From: Escherichia coli
GTDB lineage: Bacteria; Pseudomonadota; Gammaproteobacteria; Enterobacterales; Enterobacteriaceae
Assembly (NCBI RefSeq): GCF_003334815.1
Contig: NZ_QOWO01000005.1
Reading direction: 5' to 3' (one strand)
DNA: 64,000 nt
Shown one piece after another: positions 30,595-44,129 of this stretch. How positions within the stretch are numbered: the first letter of the stretch is position 1; each line of letters starts with the position of its first letter. The notes beneath the pieces are model-generated. The model saw only the letters and a list, made by a program, of their open reading frames with translations, was not told where the DNA came from and made no database searches. Position numbers and translations under genes: made by a program.

Positions 30595-31566
30595 TTACGG
30601 CAGAATTGACGGCTGATCCGCCCCTTCTTTTTCCACTTTCTGCTGCAACATGTGTTCGCGCTTCATACCCAGTTTCAGAGCCAACGCAGATGCCACATAG
30701 ATGGAAGATGCAGTACCGATGGAAACACCGATAAGCATGGTCAGCGAGAAGCCTTCCAGTACCGGACCACCGAAGAGGTACAGCATCAGGATAACCATCA
30801 AGGTAGTACCGGATGTGATCAAGGTACGGTGCAGCGTCTGGGTCAAGGACACGTTAAAGATTTCGTAAGGCGTACCGCGACGGATCTTGCGGAAGTTTTC
30901 ACGAATACGGTCCGATACCACGATACTGTCGTTAAGCGAGTAACCGATAACCGACATCAACGATGCCACAATGGTCAGGTCAATCTCGATATGGAATAAC
31001 GACAAAATACCCAGCGTAATGATAACGTCGTGCGCCAGCGCAATAACCACCCCTGCCGCCAGTCGCCACTCAAAGCGGAAACCTACGTACACGAGGATAG
31101 ACAGCAGCGCTGCCATCAACGCCATCGCACCGGTTTGCGCAAGGTCTGCCCCCACGCTCGGACCGACGAACTCAATACGCTTCACTGCTGCATTCTGATT
31201 GGTGGATTCGTTAATCACCTTCAGAACCTGGCTGCCCAACACCTGACCGCCGGTTTCGCCTTCAGCAGGCGGCATACGGACCATGATGTCATGGCTGCTA
31301 CCAAAGTTTTGCAGCATCGGCTCTTCAAAACCGGCTTTTTGCAATGCATCACGCATTACGTCAATTTCAGCCGGTTTTTCGAGCGTAATTTCAATAACCG
31401 TACCACCGGTGAAATCCAGCCCCCAGTTAAAGCCGCGCACGCCCATAATAACGATAGCAGCGATTAACAGCAGACCAGAGATGCCGAAAGCCCAGTAGTC
31501 CCAGCGCATAAAGTCATAGACTTTACGGCCGTGGTTTAGTTGTTCAACAGTATATTCCTGTGCCAC
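30595..31566 (-). CDS. secF: Protein-export membrane protein SecF
   Basis: Track ORF to 31611; conserved N-terminus (M)[21 protein letters not shown] begins at GTG 31566 (323 aa). Confidence 0.93.
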
Positions 31567-31576
31567 ATCGCACTCC

Positions 31577-33424
31577 TCAGATTGACAGCTTCTTGACGCG
31601 CTTGCCGCCATATAGCAGGTTTACGATGGCACGCGTACCGACAATCGCGGTAAACATCGACGTCGCCACACCGATACCGGTAGTAATCGCGAACCCTTTA
31701 ATTGCCCCGGTACCCACTGCGTACAGGATGATGACTTTAATCAGCGTGGTGATGTTCGCATCGAAGATAGAACTGAATGCGCCACGATAACCTTCATCAA
31801 TTGCCTGTTGAACAGTACGTCCGTTGCTCAACTCTTCTTTAATACGTTCGTTGATCAGTACGTTCGCATCGACCGCCACCGCAAGGGTTAAGACGATACC
31901 CGCGATACCTGGCATACTCAGCGTTGCGCCTGGCAACAGCGACATAATGCCGACGATTAAGATCAAGTTGGCAATCAGAGCACTGGTCGCAATCAGACCA
32001 AACTTCTTATAGAAGATGATCATGAACAGAATAGAAACCAGCAGACCGGCAAGGCAAGCCTCCAGCCCCTGTTCAATGTTCTGCATACCCAGGGTTGGGC
32101 CAATGGTACGTTCTTCAACAATCTGAATCGGCGCGATCAACGCACCGGCACGCAGCAGCAGTGACAGCTGACGGGCTTCGTTCGGGTTGTTGATGCCGGT
32201 GATACGGAAGCTGTTACCCAGACGAGACTGGATGTTGGCGATGTTAATCACCTCTTCCTGTTTCACCAGAACCGCACGACCATTTGCATCTTTCTTACCG
32301 CTGTCTTTGTACTCCACAAACAGGGTTGCCATCGGTTTGCCGATGTTGTCCTTAGTGAAGTTAGACATGATGTTACCACCAGCGCTATCGAGCGAGATGT
32401 TAACCTGCGGTTGGTTGTATTCGTCCTGGCTGGAAGTGGAGTCGGTGATATGGTCACCGGTCAGAATTACGCGTTTGTACAGCACAACTGGCTGACCTTC
32501 GCGGGTCTGTTTCACTTCAGAGTCGCCCGGTACGCGACCGGATGCCGCAGCGGCCTGGTCAACGTTGGTGTTTACCAGACGGAATTCCAGCGTTGCCGTC
32601 GCACCCAGAATCTCTTTCGCACGCGCAGTGTCCTGAATACCTGGCAGTTCAACAACGATACGGTCAGCACCCTGACGCTGAACCACCGGCTCCGCCACGC
32701 CAAGTTGGTTTACACGGTTACGCAGGATATTAATGTTCTGCTGCACCGCATATTCACGCGCTTCACTCAGACGAGCATCGCTCATTACCGCACGCAGCTG
32801 GTTGCTGCCCTGGCTGCTAATCACCAGGTCCGGATGGCGCTTGCTCAGATACGCAATGGCTTCATCACGAGCTTTAGCATCGCGGAAAGTGATGCTCAGG
32901 CCGTAGTTGTTTTCTTTACGAACAGTGGTATACGGGATGCCCTTTTCGCGCAGGTCACTGCGTAGGCTATCGATATTTTGTTCCTGGAGTTTGCCAAGCG
33001 CGGTGTCCATATCCACTTCCATCAGGAAGTGAACGCCGCCACGCAGGTCAAGGCCGAGCTTCATCGGCTCAGCGTGAATAGCTGCCAGCCAGCGCGGCGT
33101 TGCCGGGGCAAGGTTAAGCGCCACGACGTATTTGTCACCCATAACGCCCATTAATGCTTCACGAGCGCGCAACTGGGTGTCAGTGGAGTCGAAGCGCGCA
33201 AGAATAGCGCCCTCTTCCAGTGCCACAGACTTAGCAGTTATTTTTTCTTCTTGTAACGTTTTCTGGACCTGGATCAGCGTTTGCTCACTGGCGGCGACTC
33301 CGCGCGCACCAGTGATCTGAACAGCCGGATCCTCACCAAACAGGTTGGGAAGCGCATACAGCAGACCGATGACAATCACCACGATCAGCATGACGTACTT
33401 CCACAAAGGATAACGGTTTAACAC
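31577..33424 (-). CDS. secD: Protein-export membrane protein SecD
   Basis: 615-aa [40 protein letters not shown]; large periplasmic domain plus C-terminal TM bundle. Confidence 0.97.
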   Translation of the reverse strand: MLNRYPLWKYVMLIVVIVIGLLYALPNLFGEDPAVQITGARGVAASEQTLIQVQKTLQEEKITAKSVALEEGAILARFDSTDTQLRAREALMGVMGDKYVVALNLAPATPRWLAAIHAEPMKLGLDLRGGVHFLMEVDMDTALGKLQEQNIDSLRSDLREKGIPYTTVRKENNYGLSITFRDAKARDEAIAYLSKRHPDLVISSQGSNQLRAVMSDARLSEAREYAVQQNINILRNRVNQLGVAEPVVQRQGADRIVVELPGIQDTARAKEILGATATLEFRLVNTNVDQAAAASGRVPGDSEVKQTREGQPVVLYKRVILTGDHITDSTSSQDEYNQPQVNISLDSAGGNIMSNFTKDNIGKPMATLFVEYKDSGKKDANGRAVLVKQEEVINIANIQSRLGNSFRITGINNPNEARQLSLLLRAGALIAPIQIVEERTIGPTLGMQNIEQGLEACLAGLLVSILFMIIFYKKFGLIATSALIANLILIVGIMSLLPGATLSMPGIAGIVLTLAVAVDANVLINERIKEELSNGRTVQQAIDEGYRGAFSSIFDANITTLIKVIILYAVGTGAIKGFAITTGIGVATSMFTAIVGTRAIVNLLYGGKRVKKLSI

Positions 33425-33451
33425 GGCAATTCCCTTAGGGAAAAATTTTAA

Positions 33452-33784
33452 TTACAGCGCCTTCATGGTGCCTTTCGGCAGGACGGCAGCTACGAAGTCA
33501 CGTTTAATAACTACTTCAGTGGTGTCATTCAGCGCGATAGCAATGTAGCCGTTTTCCGCTACTTTGGTTACGCGACCAACCAGGCCACCGTTCGTCAGAA
33601 CTTCATCACCTTTGGCAATGGAGTCCATCAGCTTTTTGTGTTCTTTGGTGCGCTTCTGCTGTGGACGCAGGATCATGAAATAGAAAATCAGACCGAATAC
33701 CACCAGCATCAAAATCAAAGACATCGGGCTACCTTGCGCCGGTGCACCCGTTGCCGCTACCGCATCAGAAATAAAAAAGCTCAT
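33452..33784 (-). CDS. yajC: YajC Sec translocon accessory subunit
   Basis: Track ORF to 33814; trimmed to MSFFISDAVAATGAPAQGSPMSLILMLVVFGLIFYFM (110 aa). Confidence 0.93.
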   Translation of the reverse strand: MSFFISDAVAATGAPAQGSPMSLILMLVVFGLIFYFMILRPQQKRTKEHKKLMDSIAKGDEVLTNGGLVGRVTKVAENGYIAIALNDTTEVVIKRDFVAAVLPKGTMKAL

Positions 33785-33806
33785 TAAATTTCCCTCATTA
33801 TTAATA

Positions 33807-34949
<1,143 letters not shown>

Positions 34950-34989
34950 TCAGAAAAACAGTCCAACGTTTTAAACCAGCGCCGCGGAA

Positions 34990-36060
34990 TTACTCCCCGA
35001 CGCGCTCATTAATTGCCTGCGGATTGTACGTGATAAACATCGCATCACCGTAACTAAAAAAGCGATATTTCTCTTCTACCGCTGCTTTATAGGCGTTCAT
35101 GGTGTGTTGATAACCGGCAAAGGCCGAAACCAGCATAATCAGCGTCGACTCTGGCAAGTGGAAGTTCGTCACCAGCGCATCGACCACTTTGTACTGGAAG
35201 CCCGGATAGATAAAGATTTGGGTATCGTCGAAGAACGGTTCAATGAGATCGTTTTTCGCTGCCTGAGCCGCGCTTTCCAGCGAACGTACTGAAGTGGTGC
35301 CAACCGCAATCACCCGGTTACCGCGCGCTTTCGCCGCCAGTACCGCGTCTACCACATCCTGCGGTACTTCAGCGTATTCCGAGTGCATGATGTGATCTTC
35401 AATGGTGTCGACGCGCACCGGCTGGAAGGTGCCCGCACCAACGTGCAACGTCACAAACGCCATCTCCACGCCTTTGGCGCGCAATTTTTCCAGCAAAGGC
35501 TCGTCAAAATGCAGACCTGCGGTCGGGGCTGCAACCGCGCCCGGTTTTTCGCTATAAACGGTTTGATAAAGTTCGCGGTCAGCGTCTTCGTCCGGACGGT
35601 CGATATACGGCGGCAGCGGCATATGGCCGATGCTGTTGAGAATATCCAGCACCGAGCGTTCATCATTAAATTCGACTTCAAACAGTGCGCCGTGGCGCGC
35701 GGTCATTGTTGCGTTAATACTTTCGTCATCGCCCAGCAGCAGTTCTGCGCCAGGTTTTGGCGCTTTCGAGGCGCGAATATGCGCAAGAATGCGTTTGTCG
35801 TCGAGCATCCGTTCAACCAGCACTTCAATCTTGCCGCCGCTGGCTTTACGCCCAAACAGGCGCGCCGGGATCACGCGGGTATTATTAAAAACCAGAAGAT
35901 CGCCGGGGTTGAGCTTATCAAGTAAATCGGTGAAAGTACCGTGCGTCAGCGCGCCCGTCGGCCCGTCCAGCGACAGTAAACGACAGCTACTGCGTTCAGG
36001 CATGGGATAGTGGGCAATCAGGGATTCGGGCAATTCAAAGGAGAAATCGGTAACGCGCAT
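34990..36060 (-). CDS. queA: S-adenosylmethionine:tRNA ribosyltransferase-isomerase
   Basis: 356-aa [32 protein letters not shown]. Confidence 0.97.
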
Positions 36061-36152
36061 GACACTGACTCAGACTAAAATAAGAGGCGGGTAGTCTAGT
36101 GCCGGGGCGCTCTCCCTGCAACCTTTACCCCCTTTTGGATAGAATATAATCG

Positions 36153-36734
36153 ATGAATTTTTTAGCTCACCTGCATTTAGCCCATCTCGCGGAAAGCTCG
36201 CTTTCCGGCAATTTACTGGCTGATTTCGTACGCGGAAATCCTGAAGAAAGTTTTCCGCCCGACGTCGTGGCTGGCATTCATATGCATCGACGTATCGACG
36301 TATTGACTGACAATCTGCCGGAAGTCCGCGAAGCACGGGAGTGGTTTCGTAGTGAAACGCGCCGCGTTGCGCCTATTACGCTGGATGTCATGTGGGATCA
36401 CTTTCTTTCCCGCCACTGGTCGCAGCTGTCGCCGGACTTTCCGCTACAGGAATTTGTCTGTTATGCCCGCGAGCAAGTGATGACGATTTTGCCGGACTCA
36501 CCGCCACGTTTTATCAATCTGAACAATTACTTGTGGTCAGAGCAGTGGCTGGTGCGCTATCGCGATATGGATTTCATCCAGAACGTGTTAAACGGCATGG
36601 CAAGCCGCCGCCCACGTCTGGATGCCCTGCGTGACTCCTGGTACGATTTAGACGCTCATTATGACGCCCTCGAAACCCGCTTCTGGCAGTTTTATCCGCG
36701 GATGATGGCGCAGGCGTCACGCAAGGCGTTATAA
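36153..36734 (+). CDS. acpH: Acyl carrier protein phosphodiesterase
   Basis: 193-aa [34 protein letters not shown]. Confidence 0.95.
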   Translation: MNFLAHLHLAHLAESSLSGNLLADFVRGNPEESFPPDVVAGIHMHRRIDVLTDNLPEVREAREWFRSETRRVAPITLDVMWDHFLSRHWSQLSPDFPLQEFVCYAREQVMTILPDSPPRFINLNNYLWSEQWLVRYRDMDFIQNVLNGMASRRPRLDALRDSWYDLDAHYDALETRFWQFYPRMMAQASRKAL

Positions 36735-36738
36735 AACG

Positions 36739-38553
36739 TTAGTTCATCCATACCGTAGCCGAAATGGCAGGCAAAGCCAGAATCCCGTCAGTCAGTTGCC
36801 CATGCCCTTCTTTGCATTGCCATTGCACGGCATTGAGAAACGGTGACGCGGGTAGCACCACTTCACAGGCCTCGCCACGGTTGATTGCCACCAGTACACG
36901 TTGCTGATTCAGCACGCGGACAAATACCACCACGTTATCTTCCGCATACAGCACCTGACAGCCGCCATGACGTAGCGCCTGACTTTTCTTACGCAGCGCA
37001 ATCATTCGCTGGTACAGCGCGAATAACGCCGTATCCTGCTTTTCCACCTGCCAGGGGAACGGTTTACGGCAAAACGGATCGTTTTTGCCATCCAGTCCTA
37101 CTTCATCACCGTAATAAATGCACGGTACACCAGGCCAGGTGAACAGCCAGACCACCGCCAGCGGCAGGCGCGCAATATCCCGACCGAGCAGCGTTTTAAA
37201 TCGCGCAGTATCGTGGCTGTCGAGCTGATTAAACATACGTAATTGTTGTTGATGAGAAAGCCCTGCGCGGTAATTATCCATCCAGGCCATACAGGTTTGG
37301 GCATCAATTTGCTGCGGATCGTAAGAGATATCGGTATTGGCAAGAAATCCCCACAACGGGAATGTGAAGCCACGATAGTTCATGGCGGCATCTTCCACAT
37401 CGGCCTGTAACCATTGCCGTGCATCGCCAAAATGTTCGCCGACAATATACGCTTCCGGCTGGGTTTCTTTCGCCGCTTCGGTGATCCCGGCAACGTGCTG
37501 CATATTATTGCGCGCCCCACCCGCCTCCCCCAGCATATGCACCACATCCAGCCGCCAGCCGTCCATATTCCACGGCGCTTTCAGCCAGTGGCGGACAATA
37601 CTGTCTTCCCCGCGATAAATTTCATTCACCAGACTTTCCGACTGATAATCCAGCTTCGGCAAGCTGGCATAGCCAAGCCAGTCGAGCGCCGTGCCATCAT
37701 CACTAAACGAGTACCAGTCGCGCCAGGGCGATTCGGGGTTGTGACAAGCACCACCCGTGCCACGATTATGCCTGTCAAACCAGGCATGGGAATCGCCACT
37801 GTGGTTAAACACGCCGTCCAGCACCAGCCGCATTCCCAGCTGCTGCGTATTGTGTCGCAAACGCAGCAACGCCCCATCACCGCCAAACTGCGGATCGACA
37901 TGGCGATAATCCTCGGTATCGTATTTATGTACGCTGGGAGCTTTAAACACCGGATTGAGATACAGCGCTGTCACGCCAAGCTTTTTCAGATACGGCAGTT
38001 TTTCGCTTATCCCGTCCAGATCGCCGCCATAGAACGTTGATCCGCCCGCCTGCGCCGTGACCGGTTCATCCCAGTCACGCAAGATGATCTCTTGTCCGGC
38101 TGCATGATGGTAATAGACATGATCCTGTTCAGCTTCACGAGGAAGACTACGCGCAAAACGATCAGGGAAGATCTGATAAAAAATCTGATCCGCAGCCCAT
38201 TGTGGGCCGATATCCGGTACATCGACGGCAAACTGCTCCAGTCGTGCCGGCGGCATTCGGCTGAAGCCCTGCGGTGTAAACCAACGCTGGCGATCGTGCC
38301 ACAGCAGTTTGAAACTGTAACGCCGCCGGGGTTGTCCGCTGGAGAGATCAATCGCCGCACGCCATGCGGTGACGCCAGGCTGCGGCTGACTGCGCTGCTT
38401 ATGCATCGGTACTGACATTTCTTCGTTATCGTGTTCTGTACGCAGCATAATGCGCTGCGGTGGGTCTTCGCCCGTCAGCCACAGTGTAATGAGCAGTTGA
38501 TCTTTGCTTTGTTTAACAAATGGGGGCACCGGCAGGTGCCATGCATTTAACAT
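36739..38553 (-). CDS. malZ: Maltodextrin glucosidase
   Basis: Track ORF to 38556 (MMLNAWH..); second Met at 38553 gives the 604-aa form; GH13 alpha-amylase-family motifs ([19 protein letters not shown]). Confidence 0.95.
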
Positions 38554-38633
38554 CATAATTCCCCTGTGATGAAAATCTGATCACCTTGCCATAGCCTAAT
38601 GCAGGATCACTCATCATCTGAAGGATATTTGGG

Positions 38634-38696
38634 GGAGGAGGACGGGGGCGGATAACTTTCGGAATAGCCGGATCAGGATTTCCTCCTGAACCGGCT
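38634..38696 (-). promoter_or_regulatory. Putative MalT boxes (GGAGGA hexamers) upstream of malZ
   Basis: GGAGGA at 38634-38642 (+ strand, overlapping pair) and TCCTCC at 38691-38696 (GGAGGA on minus), 80-140 bp upstream of malZ start; assignment by consensus only. Confidence 0.3.
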
Positions 38697-38711
38697 TACA
38701 GAACGCAAGGA

Positions 38712-40085
38712 TTACTGGTTTTCAGCCAGCTGACGATCGTGGCGGCGTTTAAACATCCAGCCAATCAACAGCACAACAATCCACGCGAAACCGACATACA
38801 GCGAGATACGCGTATCCGGGTGATAACCAATCAACCCGATAATAAAGAGCAGGAAAATCAGCCCGCCGATGGTCGTTGCTACCCCACCCGGCACTTTAAA
38901 TTTCAGCGCCTTAACTTCTTCTGGCGGCAAACGGCGACGGAAGGCAATTTGCGACAGCAGGATCATAATCCACACCCACACCGTGGCGAAGGTTGCCAGC
39001 GAAGCGATCACCAGGAAGACGTTTTCCGGCATGATGTAGTTCAGATACACCGCAAACAGCAGCGCGGTAGTCATCACCAGCACCGTAACCCACGGAATAC
39101 CGCGACGCGACGTTTTGCTGAAAATTTTCGGCGCGCTGCCCTGCTCTGCCATACCGTGGAGCATACGGCCTACGCCAAATACATCACTGTTAATTGCCGA
39201 CAGCGAAGCAGTCAGCACAACAAAGTTAAGAATGCTGGCGGCAAAGGTAATGCCCATATGCTGGAACGTCAGCACGAACGGGCTACCGGCAGTGCCAACC
39301 TGATTCCACGGGTAGATAGACATAATGACGAACAGCGTACCGACGTAGAACACCAGAATACGCATCGGCACGGAGTTAATCGCACGCGGTATCGATTTCT
39401 CAGGATCTTTCGCTTCACCGGCGGTAATCCCGATAATTTCGATCCCACCGTAAGCAAACATCACCATTTGCAACGACATTACCATGCCAAGCCAGCCGTT
39501 ACTGAAGAAGCCGCCGTTGCTCCACAGGTTATGAATACCGGTCGGTTGCCCGCCGTTGCCAATCCCCCAGATGATGATGCCGAAACCGGCGACAATCATG
39601 ATGATGATGGTGGCGACTTTAAAGAACGAGAACCAGAATTCCAGCTCACCGAATACCTTCACGCTCATCAGGTTTACGGCGCAAATGATCAGCACCACGC
39701 TCAGTACCCAAATCCAGTGCGGCACCGTCGGGAACCAGACACCCATATAGATACCAAAAGCGGTCACATCGGCGATGGCGACAATAAGGATTTCAAAGCA
39801 GTAGGTCCAGCCGGTAATGTAACCTGCCAGCGGGCCGAGGTTTTCCTGCGCATAACGCGAGAAAGAGCTGGCGGCCGGGTTATGTACCGACATTTCCCCC
39901 AGCGCACGCATAATGATATACGCCGCGATACCACCGATAATATAGGCCAACAACACGCTCGGACCGGCCATTTTGATGGCGTCTGCCGAACCGTAAAACA
40001 GCCCGGTGCCAATTGCTGAACCCAGTGCCATAAAGCGTATGTGGCGGGTACTTAGCCCACGCTTTAGCTTGTTCTTACTTTCCAT
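38712..40085 (-). CDS. proY: ProY proline-specific permease (APC family)
   Basis: Track ORF to 40088 (MMESKNK); second Met gives [30 protein letters not shown] (457 aa). Confidence 0.94.
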   Translation of the reverse strand: MESKNKLKRGLSTRHIRFMALGSAIGTGLFYGSADAIKMAGPSVLLAYIIGGIAAYIIMRALGEMSVHNPAASSFSRYAQENLGPLAGYITGWTYCFEILIVAIADVTAFGIYMGVWFPTVPHWIWVLSVVLIICAVNLMSVKVFGELEFWFSFFKVATIIIMIVAGFGIIIWGIGNGGQPTGIHNLWSNGGFFSNGWLGMVMSLQMVMFAYGGIEIIGITAGEAKDPEKSIPRAINSVPMRILVFYVGTLFVIMSIYPWNQVGTAGSPFVLTFQHMGITFAASILNFVVLTASLSAINSDVFGVGRMLHGMAEQGSAPKIFSKTSRRGIPWVTVLVMTTALLFAVYLNYIMPENVFLVIASLATFATVWVWIMILLSQIAFRRRLPPEEVKALKFKVPGGVATTIGGLIFLLFIIGLIGYHPDTRISLYVGFAWIVVLLIGWMFKRRHDRQLAENQ

Positions 40086-40109
40086 CAATTCCTAACCCAT
40101 CAACACAAT

Positions 40110-40141
40110 AAAAAACCACGGGGCATCGCAGCCCCGTGGTT
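40110..40141 (-). terminator. Intrinsic terminator after brnQ
   Basis: CCACGGGGC-atcgca-GCCCCGTGG perfect 9-bp stem followed on minus by a U-run, about 20 bp after brnQ stop. Confidence 0.8.
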
Positions 40142-40160
40142 AAAACAAATGTTCAGTGAT

Positions 40161-41480
40161 TTAGTGAGCGCTGGAGGTCACCTGACGACCTGCCGCGCGA
40201 TCCCAGATAATGGCCAGAACCACCATCACCACTGTTGGCATTAACCACGCCAGACCTTGTTCGGCCAGCGGTAAACGCTGCGCCCAGGACGGTAAGATAT
40301 CGCTGAATGCAGATGCTTTGATCCCGTCGAGAATACCAAAAAGCAGGCTGATAAACATCGGCGGAGCAATCACGCGGGACGAATTATGCCACCATGAGCG
40401 TGTAAAACTTAATACAACCAGTGCGATACACGGCGGATAAATAGCGGTCAGCACCGGTACGGAGATCTGGATCAGCTGGCTTAAGCCGAGGTTAGAAACC
40501 ACCATCGAGAAGCCGCCGAGGATAAACACCAGCGTACGATAAGAGAGCGGTACGTACTGGGCAAAGAATTCTGCACAAGCACAGGTCAGGCCAACTGCCG
40601 TTACCAGGCAGGCGATGAAGATTAACGCCGCCAGCAGGAAGCTACCGCCGCCGCCAAAGGTGTGCTGAACGTAAGCATGCAGAATAGCAGCGCCGTTTGC
40701 AGACTGATCGACCAGCGACGCGCTGTCTGACCCCAGACGGAACAGCGCCAGGTACAGCAGAGTCAGACCAACACCCGCCATCAGGCCAGCCCAGACGGTA
40801 TAACGGGTCAGCAGACGCGCTTCGGTAACGCCACGAGAACGCGCCGCGTTAACAATAACGATACCAAACACCATTGCGCCCAGCGTATCCATGGTCAGAT
40901 AGCCGTTAACGAAGCCGTTAGAAAACGCAGCGTTTTGATAAGCCTCAGTCGCCGTGCTGATAGAACCCGCCGGCCAGACAATAGCGGCAACAGACAGGAT
41001 GACCAGCGCGATAATTTTCAGCGGCGCAAGGAAGTTGCCCACGGTATCCAGCAGCTTGCCCGGATAGAGCGAAACCAGAATAACGATAGCGAAATAGACC
41101 AGGCTGTAGATAAACAGCGGCAGCGCGGAATCACCCGTCAGCGGCGCAATCCCCACTTCAAAGGAAACGGTAGCTGTACGCGGCGTAGCGAAAAGCGGCC
41201 CCACCGCCAGGTAACAAACCGTTGCCAGCAGTACGCCAGCGACTTTACCGATTGGCGTGCTGAGGCTGTCAACACCGCCGCCAACTTTTGCCAGCGCCAC
41301 TACCGTTAATACCGGCAGGCCAACGGCAGTAATGAGGAAGCCGAATGCCGCAGTCCAGACGTGTTCGCCTGCCTGTAAGCCGACCATTGGAGGGAAAATA
41401 ATGTTACCTGCGCCGACGAACAACGCAAATGTCATAAAGCCCAGAGCGATGATATCGCGCGATCTTAATTGATGGGTCAT
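40161..41480 (-). CDS. brnQ: BrnQ branched-chain amino acid transport system II carrier
   Basis: 439-aa polytopic [37 protein letters not shown]. Confidence 0.96.
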   Translation of the reverse strand: MTHQLRSRDIIALGFMTFALFVGAGNIIFPPMVGLQAGEHVWTAAFGFLITAVGLPVLTVVALAKVGGGVDSLSTPIGKVAGVLLATVCYLAVGPLFATPRTATVSFEVGIAPLTGDSALPLFIYSLVYFAIVILVSLYPGKLLDTVGNFLAPLKIIALVILSVAAIVWPAGSISTATEAYQNAAFSNGFVNGYLTMDTLGAMVFGIVIVNAARSRGVTEARLLTRYTVWAGLMAGVGLTLLYLALFRLGSDSASLVDQSANGAAILHAYVQHTFGGGGSFLLAALIFIACLVTAVGLTCACAEFFAQYVPLSYRTLVFILGGFSMVVSNLGLSQLIQISVPVLTAIYPPCIALVVLSFTRSWWHNSSRVIAPPMFISLLFGILDGIKASAFSDILPSWAQRLPLAEQGLAWLMPTVVMVVLAIIWDRAAGRQVTSSAH

Positions 41481-41830
41481 AAATCATACTGCCTGTGGAT
41501 GTGGTGTTGTAACGTTAAATTTTTGTGCCAATCCCTGGGGATGATACAGCGGTATATTTAAACAATTTTAGCGGGAAATACTCCCAACCAGGCGCGGCGA
41601 AGAATAGTTTTTCGATTTACCGCGTTAATGCAGTCAGTATGACAGCACCTGAAGCGCAATTTAAACGCTTATAACGTTTTAAAGCAAGGAGGGATCTAAA
41701 AACCAGAGGTATATAGCGATAAGAAATCACCAACCAGTATAAAACACTATTTCCGTGAAAAAGACATGGCTAATCATGCGAACAAAAAATCACCAACCGT
41801 TGTAAAATCTAACGCCCGTATTTTGACTGC

Positions 41831-41860
41831 AAAGAAAATAAGCCAGCATCGACTGGCTTA
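41831..41860 (-). terminator. Intrinsic terminator after phoR
   Basis: AAGCCAG-catcga-CTGGCTT stem with A-rich run on + (U-rich on minus), about 27 bp after phoR stop. Confidence 0.6.
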
Positions 41861-41886
41861 TGGCAATAAAAGATGACAAAGGCGGA

Positions 41887-43182
41887 TTAATCGCTGTTTT
41901 TGGCAATTAAACGTTCCGGGATAACAAAACTGAAACGTGTTCCTTTTCCTACTGTACTCTCAATATTCAGGCGACTTTCGTGATGATTCACAGCATGTTT
42001 CACGATCGCTAACCCTAATCCGCTACCGCCGGTTTGCCGGGAACGCGCTTTATCAACGCGATAAAAACGCTCGGTCAGGCGCGGAATATGCTCCGGTGCA
42101 ATGCCCGGTCCGTTATCTTCAACGCTAAATTCGGCACCGTGCGGCACTCGCTGCCAGCGTACGGTGATATGCGTGCCTTCCGGCGTATGATTCACGGCGT
42201 TATAGACCAGGTTCGAAATCGCACTGCGTAGCTGATTTTCGTTGCCAGACACCTTGAGGCCGTTATCTATCTCAAAGGTAAATGTCTGTTTTTTCTGACT
42301 CAGAGTCTGAGCCTCGCGCTCAACAACGCGCAGCATCATCGGCACATCAACCTTTTCATTGAGCAAATGCGTCGGTGCGGCTTCTATTTTCGACAGCGTC
42401 AGCAATTGCTTCACCAGTCCTTCCATCCGCTGGGTCTGCTCGCGCATGGTGTGCAACGCTTTTTCGCGTACCGCGCCTTCCAGCGGCTGCTCATTCATCA
42501 TCTCCAGGTAACCCTGTAACACGGTCAATGGCGTACGTAACTCATGGCTCACGTTGGCAAAAAAGTTACGCCGCGCCCCTTCCAGTTGATGCATTTGCGT
42601 GACATCACGCGCCACCATCAGCAACTGTTTGTGGGTATAAGGCATGACGCGAATTTCCAGATGCCGCCCGGTGTTGAGCACCAGATTGAGCGGGCGAGAA
42701 AAATCACGCGTTTTCAGATATTGCGTAAACTCCGGGTAACGCAGTAGGTTAAGGATGTTCTGCCCGTTATCTTCCGGCCAGCGCAAACCAAGAATTTGTT
42801 GCGCCAGACCGTTACACCAGAAAATACCGCCCTCTTCCGTGGTCAGCACCACCGCGTCGGGCAGCGACTCCGCGCCGCTACGAAAGCGTTTAATCAGATT
42901 GCCCAGTTCACGGCGGCGTTTTTTATTTCGCAGCTGCATCTGGTGTAAGCCGTATAGTAGCGGTTCCCAGCTACCACGCCCCGGTGGCGGGGTCATACTG
43001 CGATCCACCCACAGCCACCATGAAAGGCGCAATAAATTCCAGAAATGCCAGATAAGCAGTCCTGTTACCGATGCCAGCAAAAACCAGGGCAGGTAACCAA
43101 AAAATGCACCCAGGATGAAAGCCGGGAGGCAGCAAAGTAGCAGCTCCAGCACCAGCCTTTTCCACGACAGCCGTTCCAGCAC
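41887..43182 (-). CDS. phoR: PhoR phosphate-regulon sensor histidine kinase
   Basis: 431-aa ORF; H-box [16 protein letters not shown] boxes ([16 protein letters not shown]). Confidence 0.97.
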   Translation of the reverse strand: MLERLSWKRLVLELLLCCLPAFILGAFFGYLPWFLLASVTGLLIWHFWNLLRLSWWLWVDRSMTPPPGRGSWEPLLYGLHQMQLRNKKRRRELGNLIKRFRSGAESLPDAVVLTTEEGGIFWCNGLAQQILGLRWPEDNGQNILNLLRYPEFTQYLKTRDFSRPLNLVLNTGRHLEIRVMPYTHKQLLMVARDVTQMHQLEGARRNFFANVSHELRTPLTVLQGYLEMMNEQPLEGAVREKALHTMREQTQRMEGLVKQLLTLSKIEAAPTHLLNEKVDVPMMLRVVEREAQTLSQKKQTFTFEIDNGLKVSGNENQLRSAISNLVYNAVNHTPEGTHITVRWQRVPHGAEFSVEDNGPGIAPEHIPRLTERFYRVDKARSRQTGGSGLGLAIVKHAVNHHESRLNIESTVGKGTRFSFVIPERLIAKNSD

Positions 43183-43239
43183 GTAAGATACTCCAGTTAA
43201 GAAATCATAAGCCCTGCTCTGCGTCCGATGAGCAAGGCG

Positions 43240-43929
43240 TTAAAAGCGGGTTGAAAAACGATATCCTGTACCGCGCACGGTCTGCACCATGCGGTCATGC
43301 CCGCCGGGCTCCAGTGCTTTACGCAGGCGACGAATGTGGACATCGACCGTGCGGTCTTCCACATACACGTTAGTTCCCCAGACGTGGTTTAACAGCTGCT
43401 CGCGGCTGTACACGCGCTCAGGATGCGTCATAAAAAAGTGCAGCAGTTTAAATTCTGTCGGCCCCATCTCCAGCGGCTCTTCGCCCGCCATCACTCGGTG
43501 AGATGTCGGGTCGAGACTTAATCCCTGCATCTCAATCACCTCTTCCACCGCCATTGGCGAAATACGGCGCATTACCGCTTTGATTCGCGCCACCAGCTCC
43601 TTCGGCGAAAACGGCTTGGTGATATAGTCATCCGCGCCGGTTTCAAGGCCGCGCACGCGATCTTCTTCTTCCCCTCTGGCGGTCAACATCACCACTGGAA
43701 TATCCCGGGTCATCGACTCGCGCTTGAGGTGTTTGATGAACTGGATACCGGAGCCGCCAGGTAACATCCAGTCAAGGAGAATTAAATCCGGCCAGGGTTC
43801 ATTCAGTTGATTCACAGCACTGTCATAATCTTCCGCTTCGACCGGCTGAAAGCCATTTTGTTCGAGCACGAAGCAGACCATTTCGCGAATTGGAGCTTCA
43901 TCTTCTACGACCAGAATACGTCTCGCCAT
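43240..43929 (-). CDS. phoB: PhoB phosphate-regulon response regulator
   Basis: 229-aa [21 protein letters not shown]...; receiver domain plus winged-helix OmpR-family output. Confidence 0.97.
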
Positions 43930-43981
43930 GATTTGCCCTGTTGTAATAAATAGGTTGCGATCATTAATGCGACGTCATTAT

Positions 43982-44021
43982 GCGTCAGATTTATGACAGA
44001 TTTATGACAGATTTATGAAAA
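43982..44021 (-). promoter_or_regulatory. Pho-box array upstream of phoB: four 7-bp units on an 11-bp period
   Basis: Minus strand reads CTTTTCATAAAT CTGTCATAAAT CTGTCATAAAT CTGACGC; matches Pho-box consensus CTGTCATA(A/T)A(T/A)CTGTCA(C/T). Confidence 0.85.
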
Positions 44022-44129
44022 GCTCGTCGCACATATCTTCAGGTTATTGATTTCCGTGGCGCAGAAAAAAGCAAATGGCACATCTGTTTGGGTATAATCG
44101 CGCCCATGCTTTTTCGCCAGGGAACCGTT

